A stretch of DNA of 64,000 nt from Rhodosorus marinus CCMP1338 (taxonomy: Eukaryota; Plantae; Rhodophyta): the NCBI GenBank assembly GCA_029953675.1, contig JAMWBK010000008.1:496001-560000 (forward strand), written 5' to 3'. Below are positions 33,346 through 46,439 of the stretch, piece by piece. Below the pieces are notes generated by a model. The model did not search any database. It was not told the DNA's origin and was given only the letters and a program-made list of their open reading frames with translations. The stretch's first letter is position 1; each line of letters begins with the position of its first letter. Both the position numbers and the translations under genes were made by a program.

Positions 33346-35449
33346 TGCACAACAACGTCATTTTCCAACGGCGTTGTGGCTGAGCTAAGAACATCGCTTT
33401 TTGTTTTGGCCGGGGTTAATGACAACTATTTTGATCCAGACGTGTACGATCTGTTCACTACGGTCACAAAACAACTGGTGCAGCGAGAGCGATGCATGTG
33501 GTATGCTGTTTGTGTTCGACTGAGGCCCACCGAGAAGCTCTACTGCAAAGACTTTTCGATGATAGACGCCGCATTTTCTTTAATATCTTGACGCCCTCAG
33601 ATAATATGACCAACCGTTCAGCTCGTCAGTGTATATCTAAATCACAGAAATGGCCCAGAATGGATTGCCCCTAGCTGCACTTCAATTAGGTTGGTTCGTT
33701 CGTTCCTTCCCTTTTCGTTCCCTGATTTCATGACCAGGTCTAGCCCAGCTCCCTACGAGTATGCTGTAATTCATAGCAAGCTACCGTGCAAGCAAGACAC
33801 AAGCCCAGAGCGGAACCAGAGCATCCAATGTGGTCACTGAGGCTGGACAGGCCAGGAGCGATTCGCACCGAATAAACCCCCGTCCTCACTCATTACGCAA
33901 AGAGTGCTCAGAAAATCCAACATCAGCAAAAGGCTGTACTCGGGAGAAATTATCTACAAGACAAGAATCCTCCAATGCTCAGGATGCTGTATTCTTCTTA
34001 CGCGTTCTAGTCCTCTTCACCATGCCTTCTGTGTGCACCCTAACAGTCGAGAACAAGCGGTCCTGGAATCTAGCCTCATCCTTAGCCGACACAATACAGC
34101 TTATCTTCTTCTTTTTGCCGTCCGTTGCGCGAACCAGGCACCTTGGGTCCCTTTTCTTGCTCTCAGCTTTTGATTTCTACGAAGAAGAAGAGGTTCAGCA
34201 CCAGCTCTCTCGAATCACGCCACGAAAGGTGAGCATGTTATTGACTTACCGTGACACCCTTCTCCCACTTAATCGGCTTAACAGTCCGCTTTGCGCTCAC
34301 CCATACAGATCCTGACCCCTTCCTGCAAAAGATTCAAGCCCGTGAAAGGGTCAGCAGATGAATTATGCTCGGACGCACTGTACAGTTACAACGTCCACCG
34401 GCAGGAAGCACTCACCTTTGATCGTAAAGCTTGGAAAGCTCCGAGAAGAACGTCTCTTGATCCAAAACCCTCATCTTGAAGCTCAAGATGATACAGTCAA
34501 CGATGTTTATCCTCCAAGAAAAAATATCCTAAAAGTTACAATCAAAGCAACAAATCCCCACTGCCCAAATCTGCAAAAGCCCAAGGGCCCTACCTAAAAT
34601 GCTGCTCACCAAACCACGGCAGTTTCCATCACCATCAACGAAATAAGAACAATTCCAAGCGCATCGAGCCTCTACAGTCCTCTGAACAAGCCCTGAGAAG
34701 AAATCCCCAATCCCGATCCATTCACTGCCCTTCCCCCTATCCCCCCAGAATCACATCCAATTCCCCACCCGAGCAAACAAACCCAAACCAAACCGAAAAA
34801 CAAGAGAAAACGAACCAAGCACAATTGTTGATTAGTAACTTAAAACAAAGAAAGTTACTCCTACACCGACGGCGTTCCAGAAGAGGTATTTCTCCACCGT
34901 CAAGCTTTGACGGACTATGTGGGGAAAAATAGGCTCTAGTCGGTCAATCCGAAGATCAATATCGTAGAATTATGTCGTATATTGGATATGTATAGCGTAA
35001 ATTTCATGTGTACGTGTAGTCATGTTGACTGATGCATTGAGATGATTGATCTCGGGATTGTGTTGGGCGATTGGGTAGATGGGCTGGATCTGTGCGCGAT
35101 AGTTGTTGCAAGGGGATGAATTTCCTACGAGTTTGCAGTTCAATTTGGTTCTGTATTTGAAAGCGTCGGCACGCCCTAACCTACCCGCCCCAACTTGCAC
35201 CGTAGGCGAGGTGCATGCGGTGAGCTGAGCGGGTTGGATCGTGTTGCGGTGAATTTTTTATACAGTTCATGTCCGCACGGTCGGATCATTAGACCTGCAC
35301 TGCGATCTTGAGAAGAACCACAACATGGGCATCCGGCTCAAACGCGTATATCACCTGGCACTGCGCTAAATGCCGCAAGCTGGGAGGGGTTGATTCGAAA
35401 ACAAAACCAAGGTAACTCCGGAAGAGAGCTAGGACGACAACCAACAACT

Positions 35450-35830
35450 TCATTCAGAGCCTACCTACCCTGAGGAGCGGAAAGGGAGACGCTGACGACC
35501 CCCGTCCACCAACAAAGCAGCATTCGAATGCCAGAGAGTCAGAGACAGCTCCGTGAGGAGGCTGTCAAGACTGCGGGGGGGGGTATCGGGGCAGGACTGT
35601 CTAAAACACCGAAGCACTGGATGATCAGCGGTACGAACGTCGAGACAGCGCCGATTCCCGAAAGGCTGGATGAGTTATCGCCATAGCGTCCGGAGACTCC
35701 TTCAGTCCTGCATTGTACCAGTGGGGGCACCACGACGTTGTGCAGACGTGGGAAGGTGTCTCTCAGCCTGGCGACGAGGAATAGACGAGTCAAGATACTC
35801 ACACCTGCGAGCAGACAGCAGTGACTACCC
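35450..35830 (-). mobile_element. Solo diverged family 1 3' fragment
   Basis: FVPLIIQCFGVLDS and a degenerate end TCAGGGTAGGTAGGCTCTGAATGAAG on the - strand. Confidence 0.8.
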
Positions 35831-37448
35831 AATCCGCCACACGCGATGTAGAGAGCTGCGTGAATCAACTACGGCTTCTCAGCTCTCTTGGTCCTGTTGA
35901 GAAGGGTGCTAATACACGTGGTTTTAAACGGAGACAAACGCACGAAGTTCGCTATACCCGAATGGTTGTCGTTTGCTTGAGAATGACCATTTCAATCCGT
36001 ACTCTTGTTTTTGCCTGGGCAAGTTTCTGTCTGCAAACTAACGGTTTTTACATCACGAAGAAGCCAGTGAACAAAGTCTTTTTTGGCTAAAATCCTTTAT
36101 TTTAAACCCAAACAATGAAAACCCTCAATTAGAACTATAAATTTCCAAATTTTAGGTCAATTTTACAGCATTTTTTACGCAACCAATCCGCCACTTAGCG
36201 CTCGGTACCAACCCCCTTCAGAGACTAACCAATAAATTTCAAAGTTCCTTTTACACCTTCTTTCCCCGACACTACGGCTTCCCCCAAAACCAACCCCCCA
36301 AAAAAAAAAACAAAATCGCCGTTGCCCATCAATCAAACAACGAAATAAAAAAAATCAATAAATCAAATCCATCCATCCAATGATCATGTACCCCTGACCA
36401 GGTAAAAATGAGTTCCCCACGACGTAAAAACTGTACTTCACTAAAAAGTACGATTCGGCAACCCAATTGATATTTTAGACAATAGGCCGTTGTACGAAAA
36501 AAAAAAAAAGAGGAAAATATCCTCGATTGTTCGGGTCCAGAAGAATAATTTTTGCAAATTTCAATGTGGCGAAATCGATGGGGGTAAAAATAGGAGCCGG
36601 ATAGAAAATACAGGTATAGAGAGAGACATACATCGGACTAATGAAGAAAGGGAACGAAAAAGAGATATATCAAAGCCCGATAGAAAATACACACATAGAG
36701 AGAGACACACATCCGGACAAATGAAGAACGGCAAGGAAAAAGAGATATATATATAAAATCCTCAAAATGTCAAACGAAACGAAACCAAAACCGATTCCCA
36801 CGCCACTTCCGCGGCAAGTCTAAAATAGACGAAGATTTTTGGGGAGGGGGAATGGGGGTTTTGTGTTAGGGGGGGGGAAATGGAGAAGGTGAGGTAGCTG
36901 TATGATATATTTTAGTACTACCTCAATTAGTACAGTTTTGATTACAGGAGAAGTGGGGAGGGGAGATAGATGTATGACGTATATTTTGTATTGCTATGAT
37001 AAGTACAGATTTCATATTAAACGAAAAAGGAGTGAAGGAGGGGGGTAGATGTTTGGTATTTTTTTATTGCTAGGATTAGTACAATTTTGTTGCCTGAAGA
37101 ATTGGCTGGAGTGAAATGAGTTTGCCGTGGGAGGGGGGTGGGTTGGGGGAGGGTGGGAGAAAAGTGCGTTGAGGATGAAGCAGCTGATGGTTGGAAGGCT
37201 ACATCGAGGAGGAGGGGGCAGAGACGTACAAGCCGGGGATTTTGGAAGGTGAAGGAGGGGGAGTGGATGGGAGGGTTAGGAGCAATGTTGTTGTACATAG
37301 TCTAGCACTGTTAGTTGATATTGTCGAGATTAGGGCGGTGCAGTTGGACAGGATCTTGAGAGTGTTTTTTGTTTTTCGTGAGGGTTGTCTGTTTTGGAGT
37401 AGATATTTATCTGGGTTTGTTCTCTCCTCACATTGGGCGCGTGTAGAG

Positions 37449-38503
37449 ATGGATTACCAAGGAGGAGGGGAGTCGGATGATCGCGTGGCTGACTTTGTGA
37501 AGACGGCTACGGTGCGGTTGACAAAGCTCAAAAAGGTTGTATCTCCGTATTTCCCAATTATGGCTCGTTTCCTGCTGATTCTTACATTCCTTGAAGATGG
37601 AATTCGGGTTTTGTTCGAGTTCAGTGCGCAGGTAAGGTACCTCATCCACATAAGCGTTAAACGGGGTTTTTGTGATATTCTTATGTATTCAGTATGCTGA
37701 CATCTGTCTTATAATACGATGAAAAAGGTCTACTTCTTGAAAAGTCACTACGGATTGCCGAAATGGCTTGCTGGGTTTATTCTGATCGTCACTGTGTTAT
37801 TGTCGTTCGTTGGAGCGGGCCTGGTGATGACGAAAAAGTATGAGGTTTACGGCTCGTACGTCCTTCTCGGTTTTCTGCTGTACCAGCAGATAATGTACGG
37901 CCACATTAGCCCCGTGAATAGCGGCGGATTCGGTTTTCTTTTCCGAAACTTGAGTTTGGCTGGAGCATTCTTCCTTCTTATAGCTCTGAAGAGACTGCGG
38001 GAGGGTAAGCCCTCCGCTTACAGAAACAGTGTCTCCCTTTGTTGCGCTATGAGTACCGTTCTGAAGCCTTACGAGAGTGTTTTCGGGATTTTCTAGGTCG
38101 GTCAGCTCTTCCAGGATTGCCTGATCCAGGAAATCGAGCGACGCTTTTCACGTATTTCCAGCTGACCTCGCGAATTCTCATGGTTCTGTTAGCCGCAGAG
38201 TTCATTCCTGCATGGGGAGGTTTTTGGTTCGTTGTCACCATTCCTGTCATTCTGTGTGTGCTAGTCGGGTACAAAATGCCCCATACCGGGATTGTCCTCA
38301 TCTTCATCTACTTCCTTCATAACGTTCTCAACTCGGCATTCTGGAGCATTGGCGGTGGTTCGTCGGAGGACGAGTACAAGCGAGAGATTTTGAAGTATGA
38401 ATTTGTCCAGACGCTTTCGATCATGGGTGGTCTTATGCTGCTGGTAAGCTCTGGTCCTGGGATGCTGAGCGTTGACGAGAGGATAAGGCGCAAAAACTTT
38501 TAG
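37449..38503 (+). CDS. SURF4: SURF4/Erv29 ER cargo receptor, multi-exon
   Basis: FPIMARFLLILTFLEDGIR, FRNLSLAGAFFLL, KYEFVQTLSIMGGLMLLVSSGPGMLSVDE..RKNF. Confidence 0.92.
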
Positions 38504-39149
38504 GCAAACGATGCTCCACATCTTCGATTGTGCGGTTCGAGGTCGGGGAGTTTGGATCGCGTTAAGCCGCTACTTCACGGAGAATCTGAGGGATTGTTCT
38601 GTTGGCGCGTTCCCGGTAGTTATATCTCGTGCCTCGTTCTGGGGGTGATTCCTCTTCGTTAGCTCTCGAGAGGCGTCGTCCTTCAGCGATTAACTTTGAC
38701 AACCTTTTGGATGTGCCGCTGGTACAAAAGGCATACCGTCGACTAAATTGAAAAGCAAAGGCTACAGAGCGAAAACGAGGCCAGAGCCTCCGAATAGAAA
38801 GTGTCGCATTCCTAGAACTGTTTCTTACTTTGTTCTCTTCTGTTTGCATCCTTTTGTGCTGACTTTCCGGCTCAGTCTGCAAAGCAAAGTTAAACTTTAT
38901 TGACCACACCGCCCGTTCACGGAATATAGGCATGTGAGAAGGTCCGTTGAAACAAATCCCAGCCTGATGGCTGGACGAGCATTCACCTGTGCAGAAAACG
39001 GGAAATTACTCTCAGGTTGGAAGCGCAACTCTGTCCAGACTCGTCGAAAGTGCAATATTCACGATTGGCAGTGGCGAGTGAAGGAAGGAACCAACGACTG
39101 CTCTCTCTCCGCGGCTACTGGAACCTGTTTGGGAATTCCAATGAAGTTG

Positions 39150-39960
39150 GAGGGATGACGTTTCAGTAATTTCAAATATTGCAGCAGGCGTAGCTGCACT
39201 TGTTCTCTCCGTCCTAATCGCGTTCATTCTAGAGGACCATGGGCCGGCACGTGTATATTCGGTTGAGGAGCTTGCCAGGTAGGTCGCTCTCAACACCCGA
39301 AAAAGAAGCCAGGTTGTTTACCTTGACCTGACCGCTTCTATAACTCTGGATACGAAAACTAGGTACGATGGAGGCAACCTAAGAGGCAAGATCTATTTGG
39401 CCGTTCGTGGACGGATCTACGATGTTTCAAGCGGGAAGCAGTTCTATGGACATGGGATGACCTATGCCCATTTTGCGGGTACGGACGCCTCACGAGCTTT
39501 CATTGGAAACTTTGAGGAACCTCTTGACCGTGTTGACGATCTGTCAGAGGCAGATCTCGAGGGAATTACAGAGTGGATGAACCTCTATGACCACCACGAA
39601 CAGTATCGGTTGGGTATTCCCTCAGGCACGTTCTTCTCGCCAACGTCGACAAAGGCTCAATATTCCGATCGTTTTGCGACAATAAAAGGTATCGCGGATG
39701 GCTGCAAGACGGCCTTCATTGGGGGTTTTGGAACAGAATTGCAAAAGTTGAGTGCATCACCCGCGAGATCCACGGGGGGCAGCTATTTCAAAAATCGGTT
39801 AACAACCTTCAAGTGAGTCCAGCAACACCCCGTCAGAGAGAATCAAACGTGGTACCTTGCCACAATTTGCTGAGCTGTCTTCTTGAAGTAGAGACTGAAC
39901 GTGTCGGTGGAGAACGTTCGCGACACGGAATCTGTGTCATTCGGAAAGGTAGATGAGTAC
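39150..39960 (+). CDS. Cytochrome b5-like heme/steroid-binding protein (MAPR/neuferricin-like), multi-exon
   Basis: A TM segment, then VYSVEELAR|YDG..IYLAVRGRIYDVSSGKQFYG..YAHFAGTDASRAF. Both ends are approximate. Confidence 0.75.
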
Positions 39961-40885
39961 TCCTCCCCGAGCTTGTCGATGCGACGAGGGGAAATCGACT
40001 CCTGTCATTTTGTATCATTTCGTCTTGACGAAGGTAGGAAATAGATGATGATAGCCCATGGGTCAATACGGAAAAGCTGATCCTGGGCAGCTCTGGTTCC
40101 TTCTCATCATCATAGAAACTCGAGCAATCACGCAGTTCTCCATCCCTGTAAAGGACGGCTCCAGAGCCTACGCCTTCTACCGAGACGCCCTTGGGCTCCA
40201 ACCTCAGTAAGCACGAGCTCAGTCATAGCAAAACGCTCACTAACTTAGAGAAAGAATCTGCTTTCATCCTTGTCATTCAGGGATGACCAAACGCTCTGTG
40301 GACACGGATCACAAGTCTGCCTGGTTCTACGGAATATTCAAGACCATCTTGATGAATTCGTACCGTTCGTAGTCGTCACCATTCATGTTCTCGACATCTT
40401 TCGGGCCGCTAGGGCTCTCAGGGTGAGATCCTTATAGCTTTTGCAGCAAAACTTAGTAAGAATTCTTTCTACATTCCAGTCGACTCACCAAAAACAAAAA
40501 CACGATCCGGTTTTCTGAAACGGAGCTAGAAAAGACCGGAGAAGATCAAACTGTATGAAAACGGAGGAGACGTGTGGAGTATAGCTGTCTTTGATCCATT
40601 TGGTATCAAGGTTTGTCAGCACCTACAGCTTGGTTTGGCATGAGAGAGATGCCTGATCTAGGCCGGGAGGTCCCGATTCTTTTGCTCCTCCACGTCTTCA
40701 GGTTTTGCTTCTTAGCATGGCAGATGTTCGATTATCTGTTAACCAACTGGCGCGACAAAGGAAGAAGCTTAAGAAGTGAGACAAGAGGTCTCCTAGTTGG
40801 CGTGGTCAATGAACAAAAGTGAGAATCGGAATAACGTCGAGGGTTTTAATAGTAGATATCCGGACTATGGGTGATAGGGAAACTC

Positions 40886-43800
40886 TCAAGCGTTGGCCTC
40901 CGCCTCCAGCCTAAGCGCGACGCTCTCTGCAAGCCTTCTCCATAGGATGGAGACATGCTCCGGAACTGGACTATCTCGAACGGAACTTGATGAACTGCGG
41001 CGGGAGGAGGTAGATGCGCGTTCTGACTTGCCCAGGAATTCCATCGAGGCCCGGTCCTCGGAGAGTTGGAAGAGCCCCTTGGAGCTACCGTCCTTGACTG
41101 GAAAGGCCAGGAATGTAGGCATGTAGAGGTCCCCGTGCTGTTTTTCGCACCAACTTTTTAGGGCGATTAAATAGGATGACTGCGCATGATATAAACGGGT
41201 AAAGTGAAGCTCAGAACGGTGTCCTCTCGCGGCATTTGTGGATATGACTTGTCCGAGTGTTGCTGGGCTACTATACCTTCTTATGAGAGCGGAGGAGAGC
41301 TCTTTTTTGCTGGTTGATGTGAACGTCCAAATGGCTCGGGTCTAGTAGCAGATCGTTGCTTTCAGTAATAAGAGCCTGCTTCCCGACGTGCACGTAGGGT
41401 GCTAGAGGTAGGCGTGTAATCATATCTGGTGCAAGCTCCACCCGCCAGTGAGAGCGAACTCGATCGTCGTACATCTTTCGAAAGTACTTGTTGCCGACCT
41501 TTGGGGACCCGAACGTTGTTACTGACAGCCTCTTGCCGACTGGAGAACAGCAATAGAAAATATTTCAGCATTGATAAACTTGCCATCTTTTTGCTAGGAC
41601 GGGGTACAATCTTTTGTAGCACTAACCGTCGGGATCATCCAGAACCAAATCAAACGCGAAGAGCGTTGCCAGTGCTCCACCAAGGGAATGTCCAGTCACC
41701 AGGATTGGAAGAGACTTCGTGTCGCCGGAAGCCAACAACTTTGACTTCAGCTCTGATGAAATTCCCTTGTATGCCTTGGAGAAACCACTGTGTACCTGTC
41801 ATGCAGTAGAGGAAGTGATTCCTACAAGCCATTAGGTCAAAAGCTCTGTAGACCAAACTATCTTTGCAGCCCCTCATCATCACCTTGGCTCGTTTGCAAT
41901 TATGCGTAGTACTATCTTCGAGAACCTTGAACACATTTCCCACCATAGACCACGAGATCTTCGCACAGAACCAATACACACGAAGGGGCATCAACAGCTC
42001 ATCGTCAGTAGTGGGGGTGGTGGTTTTACAAGCGCTTCACCGATCGATTCAAAGGCCCCAAAAAGGGCAAAAACAAGCCTGAACTCAATCCACGAGAATA
42101 AGTTTTTAGCTTATCGATACCTTCACATCAAGCTTCACGTTCCTCAACGTCTTAGTTCCTCGAAACGCCACCACCAACCTCGTAGCAGTCTTCCCCACCA
42201 TGGCCTGAATGTCCCTCGAACCATCACAAACCAATCCCAGAATCTCACATTCCTAATGAGTGGTTTTTCATTAAAAACAGAGCAGTGTCAGCTAATTCCG
42301 GTAACAGAAAATATCATGTGGACAGCTGTCCAAAGCAGAATCGATTGGGTTATTTTAGGTACTCTTACGTTGAGGTCTACAGTGTTAATCTTTTCCGAAC
42401 CAGCGTAGTAAGCGAGCCAGGCAAAGTTGAAGGCTAGCACCTGAGGGGTATAAGCGAGTTGAAGATATCATAGGAGCTACTATAAGGCCATTCTTAGTTT
42501 TTGGTGTTTCTTTCCAGCGGCTTTTTTAAATTACCTGAGTATCCATGACGAAGCAGTTGAAGTCGTTTTCTTTATCGCCTGTGGTTTTGTAGGCTATGGG
42601 CTGTTCGTCGCGTGGGATAGCTCCATAGCCAGGTTTCGCTCTTGTGGGTACCGACGTTGTGCTTGGAAGCATTAGGTAGGCTGTTATTGTCATCCACGCG
42701 AGCAAGAATGTGTCTACCGTTGCAACTCTAAGCGGGTACCAGTATGCCAGATCGTCGTCATGTCCAGCGATCAATGAACTTCTATAGCCGCCTATGCATG
42801 GTGTTAAAAACATTCTCCTTAGGACGCACGTATCGTCAATTATAATGTTTCGAGTCGACTCACACACCAATGGGCTGGCAAAGCGCAACGAGAAGTCCGC
42901 TTGTGATCAGGAGAACGAAGAACCGGGTCGATATCCAGCGAAAGAGCGCAAACCCGACATGCCTGGTTCGGTACCTGTGCATTCAGAAAGAAGGCTTCTG
43001 TTTTGCATATGCTAGTCCACGGGAGTTCGGATCGAAACTGGTAGTTTGTAGCTTACTGGACGTAGCTCGTGTCGCGAAGCTTTGCTTCCGTTTTCAGCAT
43101 TGACATGGTCATGAGCACTAGGGTGGCCATTTCGATCGCAGCAGTGACTATGCCCACAACAAGAAACCTTGCGTGCGGCACGTTTACATAGATGCGCACG
43201 CAGAAGACAAGTGTCGTGAACGGCAGTAGCGCAATATTCACTTTGAAAACAGTCGCGCAGATTATTAGCCACGCGACGTAGACGGCGAGTGTCCCAAGCT
43301 TTGCCCGATAGAATTTCCATCGGTTGGGCTCCAACAGTCGGTATGAGTGCATCAAGGCCCACGGAAAAAAGAAAAGTGCAGTGTAGCAGGCAGCAACACG
43401 TATATTTTCAAGAATCACGGAGGCCGTGGAAAGGGCCTCAAAGCCTTCGTCGGTAACTGCGTTTGAAACGAGAATATTTGGTGCATGAGTACGGAATCCA
43501 CGAGCTCTGCCCCAGAATTCCCCCCGACATACAATCGACAACCAAGACAGCGAAAACGGGTTCGATCGGAATCAAGAAGAAGACTACCGCCACAAGGAAA
43601 ACAATTATCCAGCCCTGCTCCCTCAGGATTCTGCACTTCATCTTGAAAACGCTGTATATGAACACCGCCAAGGTCAAGATCTAGTAACGGAATAATCGTA
43701 TCAGTAAGATCTCCGTCCATACTGAATTTGTACGTTGCTTATGATGCTTACTGAGTACAGGAAATAGATTGACCCGACAGTTAGTGATGCGGTAGTCATC

Positions 43801-44900
43801 CAAGACGGATAGGAAACAAAAGTAACTGCATTCCAAGTTGATCCCCCTGGAAGAAGTCTTCAAAACGCTGTCTCTGATTAGTAAGAGAAGTTATTTGCCC
43901 ACCGTTGCGGATATTCAGTTGACTTGCTTACTCCTCATCAAACTCAAAATCTTCAGATTCGTAGCGAACACCCCATACAGTCAAGAGCAGCATGACCATT
44001 ATCATCGCAATGAATGCGGCGCAGAGCAAAACCACAAGAAAGCTCTTCGTCAAGAAATTGATAGTCCGCGAGGATATCACTTCACTCTTCGTATGGAACG
44101 GCTTCTTCATCAGGAACACGGATTCGCTCTGAATCAGTCCATCATCAACCTTCTCCAAGCCATACTGATCTTCGGAAGGATGCGGCGGGATTCTGCAATA
44201 TGAAAAGCTGGTTTAGACAAAGAAAAACTCCCAAAGTGTTTGCGCAATATATGGGAAAGCTGGTTTCCTACAGAACAGAACGAACATCACGTAGAGAAGA
44301 GTTGTCTTGACTGACGCTGGAAAAGCCTCGCGCTGAGAAGATAGATTCGGCATCCGAAAGCCGAGAACTTTGAGTATCCGAGTTGTGCGCAAAACCCTAC
44401 GTAGCGATATCCCATTCAGTATCACGAACCCGGCCCTGCACACGCAGCAGCTCCTTACCTCAGCGCTCTGGAATTTGTTTCCCCCGCAGGTGTCCGGCAT
44501 TCTGATTTTTAAATGTAAATGTACCCGTTTCAACTGCTTGGAATGAGAAATGACCTTCACGACACAATATGTACCCACTTCGTCTACCCTTCTCAATCTG
44601 GAACCGGTTGTCTCATCCCTGGCTCATCCGGATGCTTGCTAACACTTGTACTCTCTTATGCAGGAGTTTTCTGGCCTCTATCATAGTACTTGCTCTATGG
44701 TTACGCGATGTTACCCTTCGCGCATGCGAGCATATCCTCTTCTTGATGCACGGAGTTCCAACCTCTACAGTCTCTATAACCTCTTCCAACTTGCAACTGG
44801 GAATGCAATCACAGAACAAACCAGCACCCGGGGGGGTTAACGAGTACACGGTTCTCTCTTCTTTCCACAGTTTCTGGCTGTTCCGATCTGTTTTTGAATT
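40886..44900 (-). CDS. Multi-pass membrane protein with a C-terminal class-3 lipase domain, many exons
   Basis: Lipase exons LVVAFRGT (~42150), VHSGFSKAY and LVTGHSLGGALA (~41650-41790), TFGSPKVGN..DMITRLP..YVHVG (~41380-41520), SYLIALKSWC... to the stop at 40886. Hydrophobic exons lie at 42.4-44.6 kb. Linkage of the upstream exons and the start are inferred. Confidence 0.75.
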
Positions 44901-46439
44901 CTTCTGCGCATCTGAAGGGTCTGCCCAAGGAGTACCGCTGAGACTAGGAATGGTCAGCCCTTGATGGTCAGGCTACCCCCCTTGACTTCCCCAGTCTCCC
45001 CTTACAAAATTTTACATATTTTGAGGGGACGGAGTTGCAATAGCCTGATACCCTCTATTTATAAAGAAAACACTTGATAAGCAAGAGTGGGGGAAGGGGG
45101 TTGAACATTCGGAAAAGGATTTCTAATTTTCGAAACTTAAAATACCCAGCCAAAAATTATCTTTTTTAACTAAATATTTAAGTTTTTGTAAATATTTCAG
45201 CCTATCAGTCATTATCGGATCGTTCGCGACCCTTTAGCAAAACTTTGATTGATTATCTGGGACTTCTTTCAGAATAACGTTGCTAAAGGCCTGAACCGGG
45301 CTTCGTACGATTTTGTGTTAGAGAGTATTTCTAGACCTACTGTTGATTGAGGAATTCTGCATGATTTAAGCTCAACGAGGACGAGAGGCAGCACACCTAC
45401 ACCCCCACCCCCCCCCCCCTTCGCTCCTCGGGAGCCACTTCCCATGGCAAACGATGTTCTCTGGTGCTATGAGAGGATGAATAGGACCGGACTTAAATGC
45501 TGCGATAGATCGATAAGTTAAAAGAAGACAAATAGTTCAGATATCGTCGTTGGCACTGCAGAGGCTGCTTCTATCTCATGTCGCTTCCCAATCGTTAGAG
45601 CATACCGTAATTCGCACTTGGGGTCTTCTTCACTCTGCTATTCACCGTCATTATATATTTGCGTCAGATATCGTAAACGGTCTCGAACATGCCAATCAGG
45701 GCTTCGCCATGCACTTCAGTCGTTCCCAAGCCATGACCACCAGCTCTCGAAAAAAACCATCACGATTAACCAACATCCATATGGCGAAACGTGGTAAACA
45801 TCAATTTGTTCAATGACAAACTTACCGGGAAAAAAATGATAGAGCATGCATCCAAGTTCTTCAGTGTCCATGTCCTTGATGACCAAAACCGAAGAAAGAA
45901 TATCTCCACTCACCCTATAGGAAATTAATTAAATACATTTCCTGGAAGGCGTTGAAAAGTGACACTTCTCGTGGTATTTCGAAATTGACTGATAAACAAT
46001 CTGTGATGGTTCTTATTCGTCATCGAACTATGTATTGACTGATATGGTTTTTGAATTAAATTACGTTGGCCAAAAATTTAGCGCTGGGAATCGTAATATT
46101 TGGTTTTGCGGTCATGGGTTGGGGTTTCATTCCTCTAGTGCAGGACGGCAAGCAGGAAGGCTGTTGAGCTGAACGAGACTGGTCTAACTTTTTCATGATA
46201 TTTAGAAATGATCAATATAGGCCTGTTCCCTCTGGGTATCTTTTCTCCTAATGAACGTGCGCGCGTCAGTTTTCAGAAGGTTACAAGCGCGGTTCGGTTG
46301 GTAGATTGAGACGTGTTTCCACGATGTGCATAAGGTGAGAGGGATGAGAAGCTGAAATCTGATGCTTTTATACTTTTAAGAAGTCGAGGCGGGCCCTGTT
46401 CACATCCGCTAAGCCCGCGAGATCTCTTTTCTCCTCGTA

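Noticed and set aside
33700-34600. Possible spliced hypothetical genes here and at ~30900-31900, 39830-40850, 52880-53700 and 62300-63520
   Set aside because: Splice-like signals and short ORFs exist, but there is no recognisable domain, so they are not reported as features.
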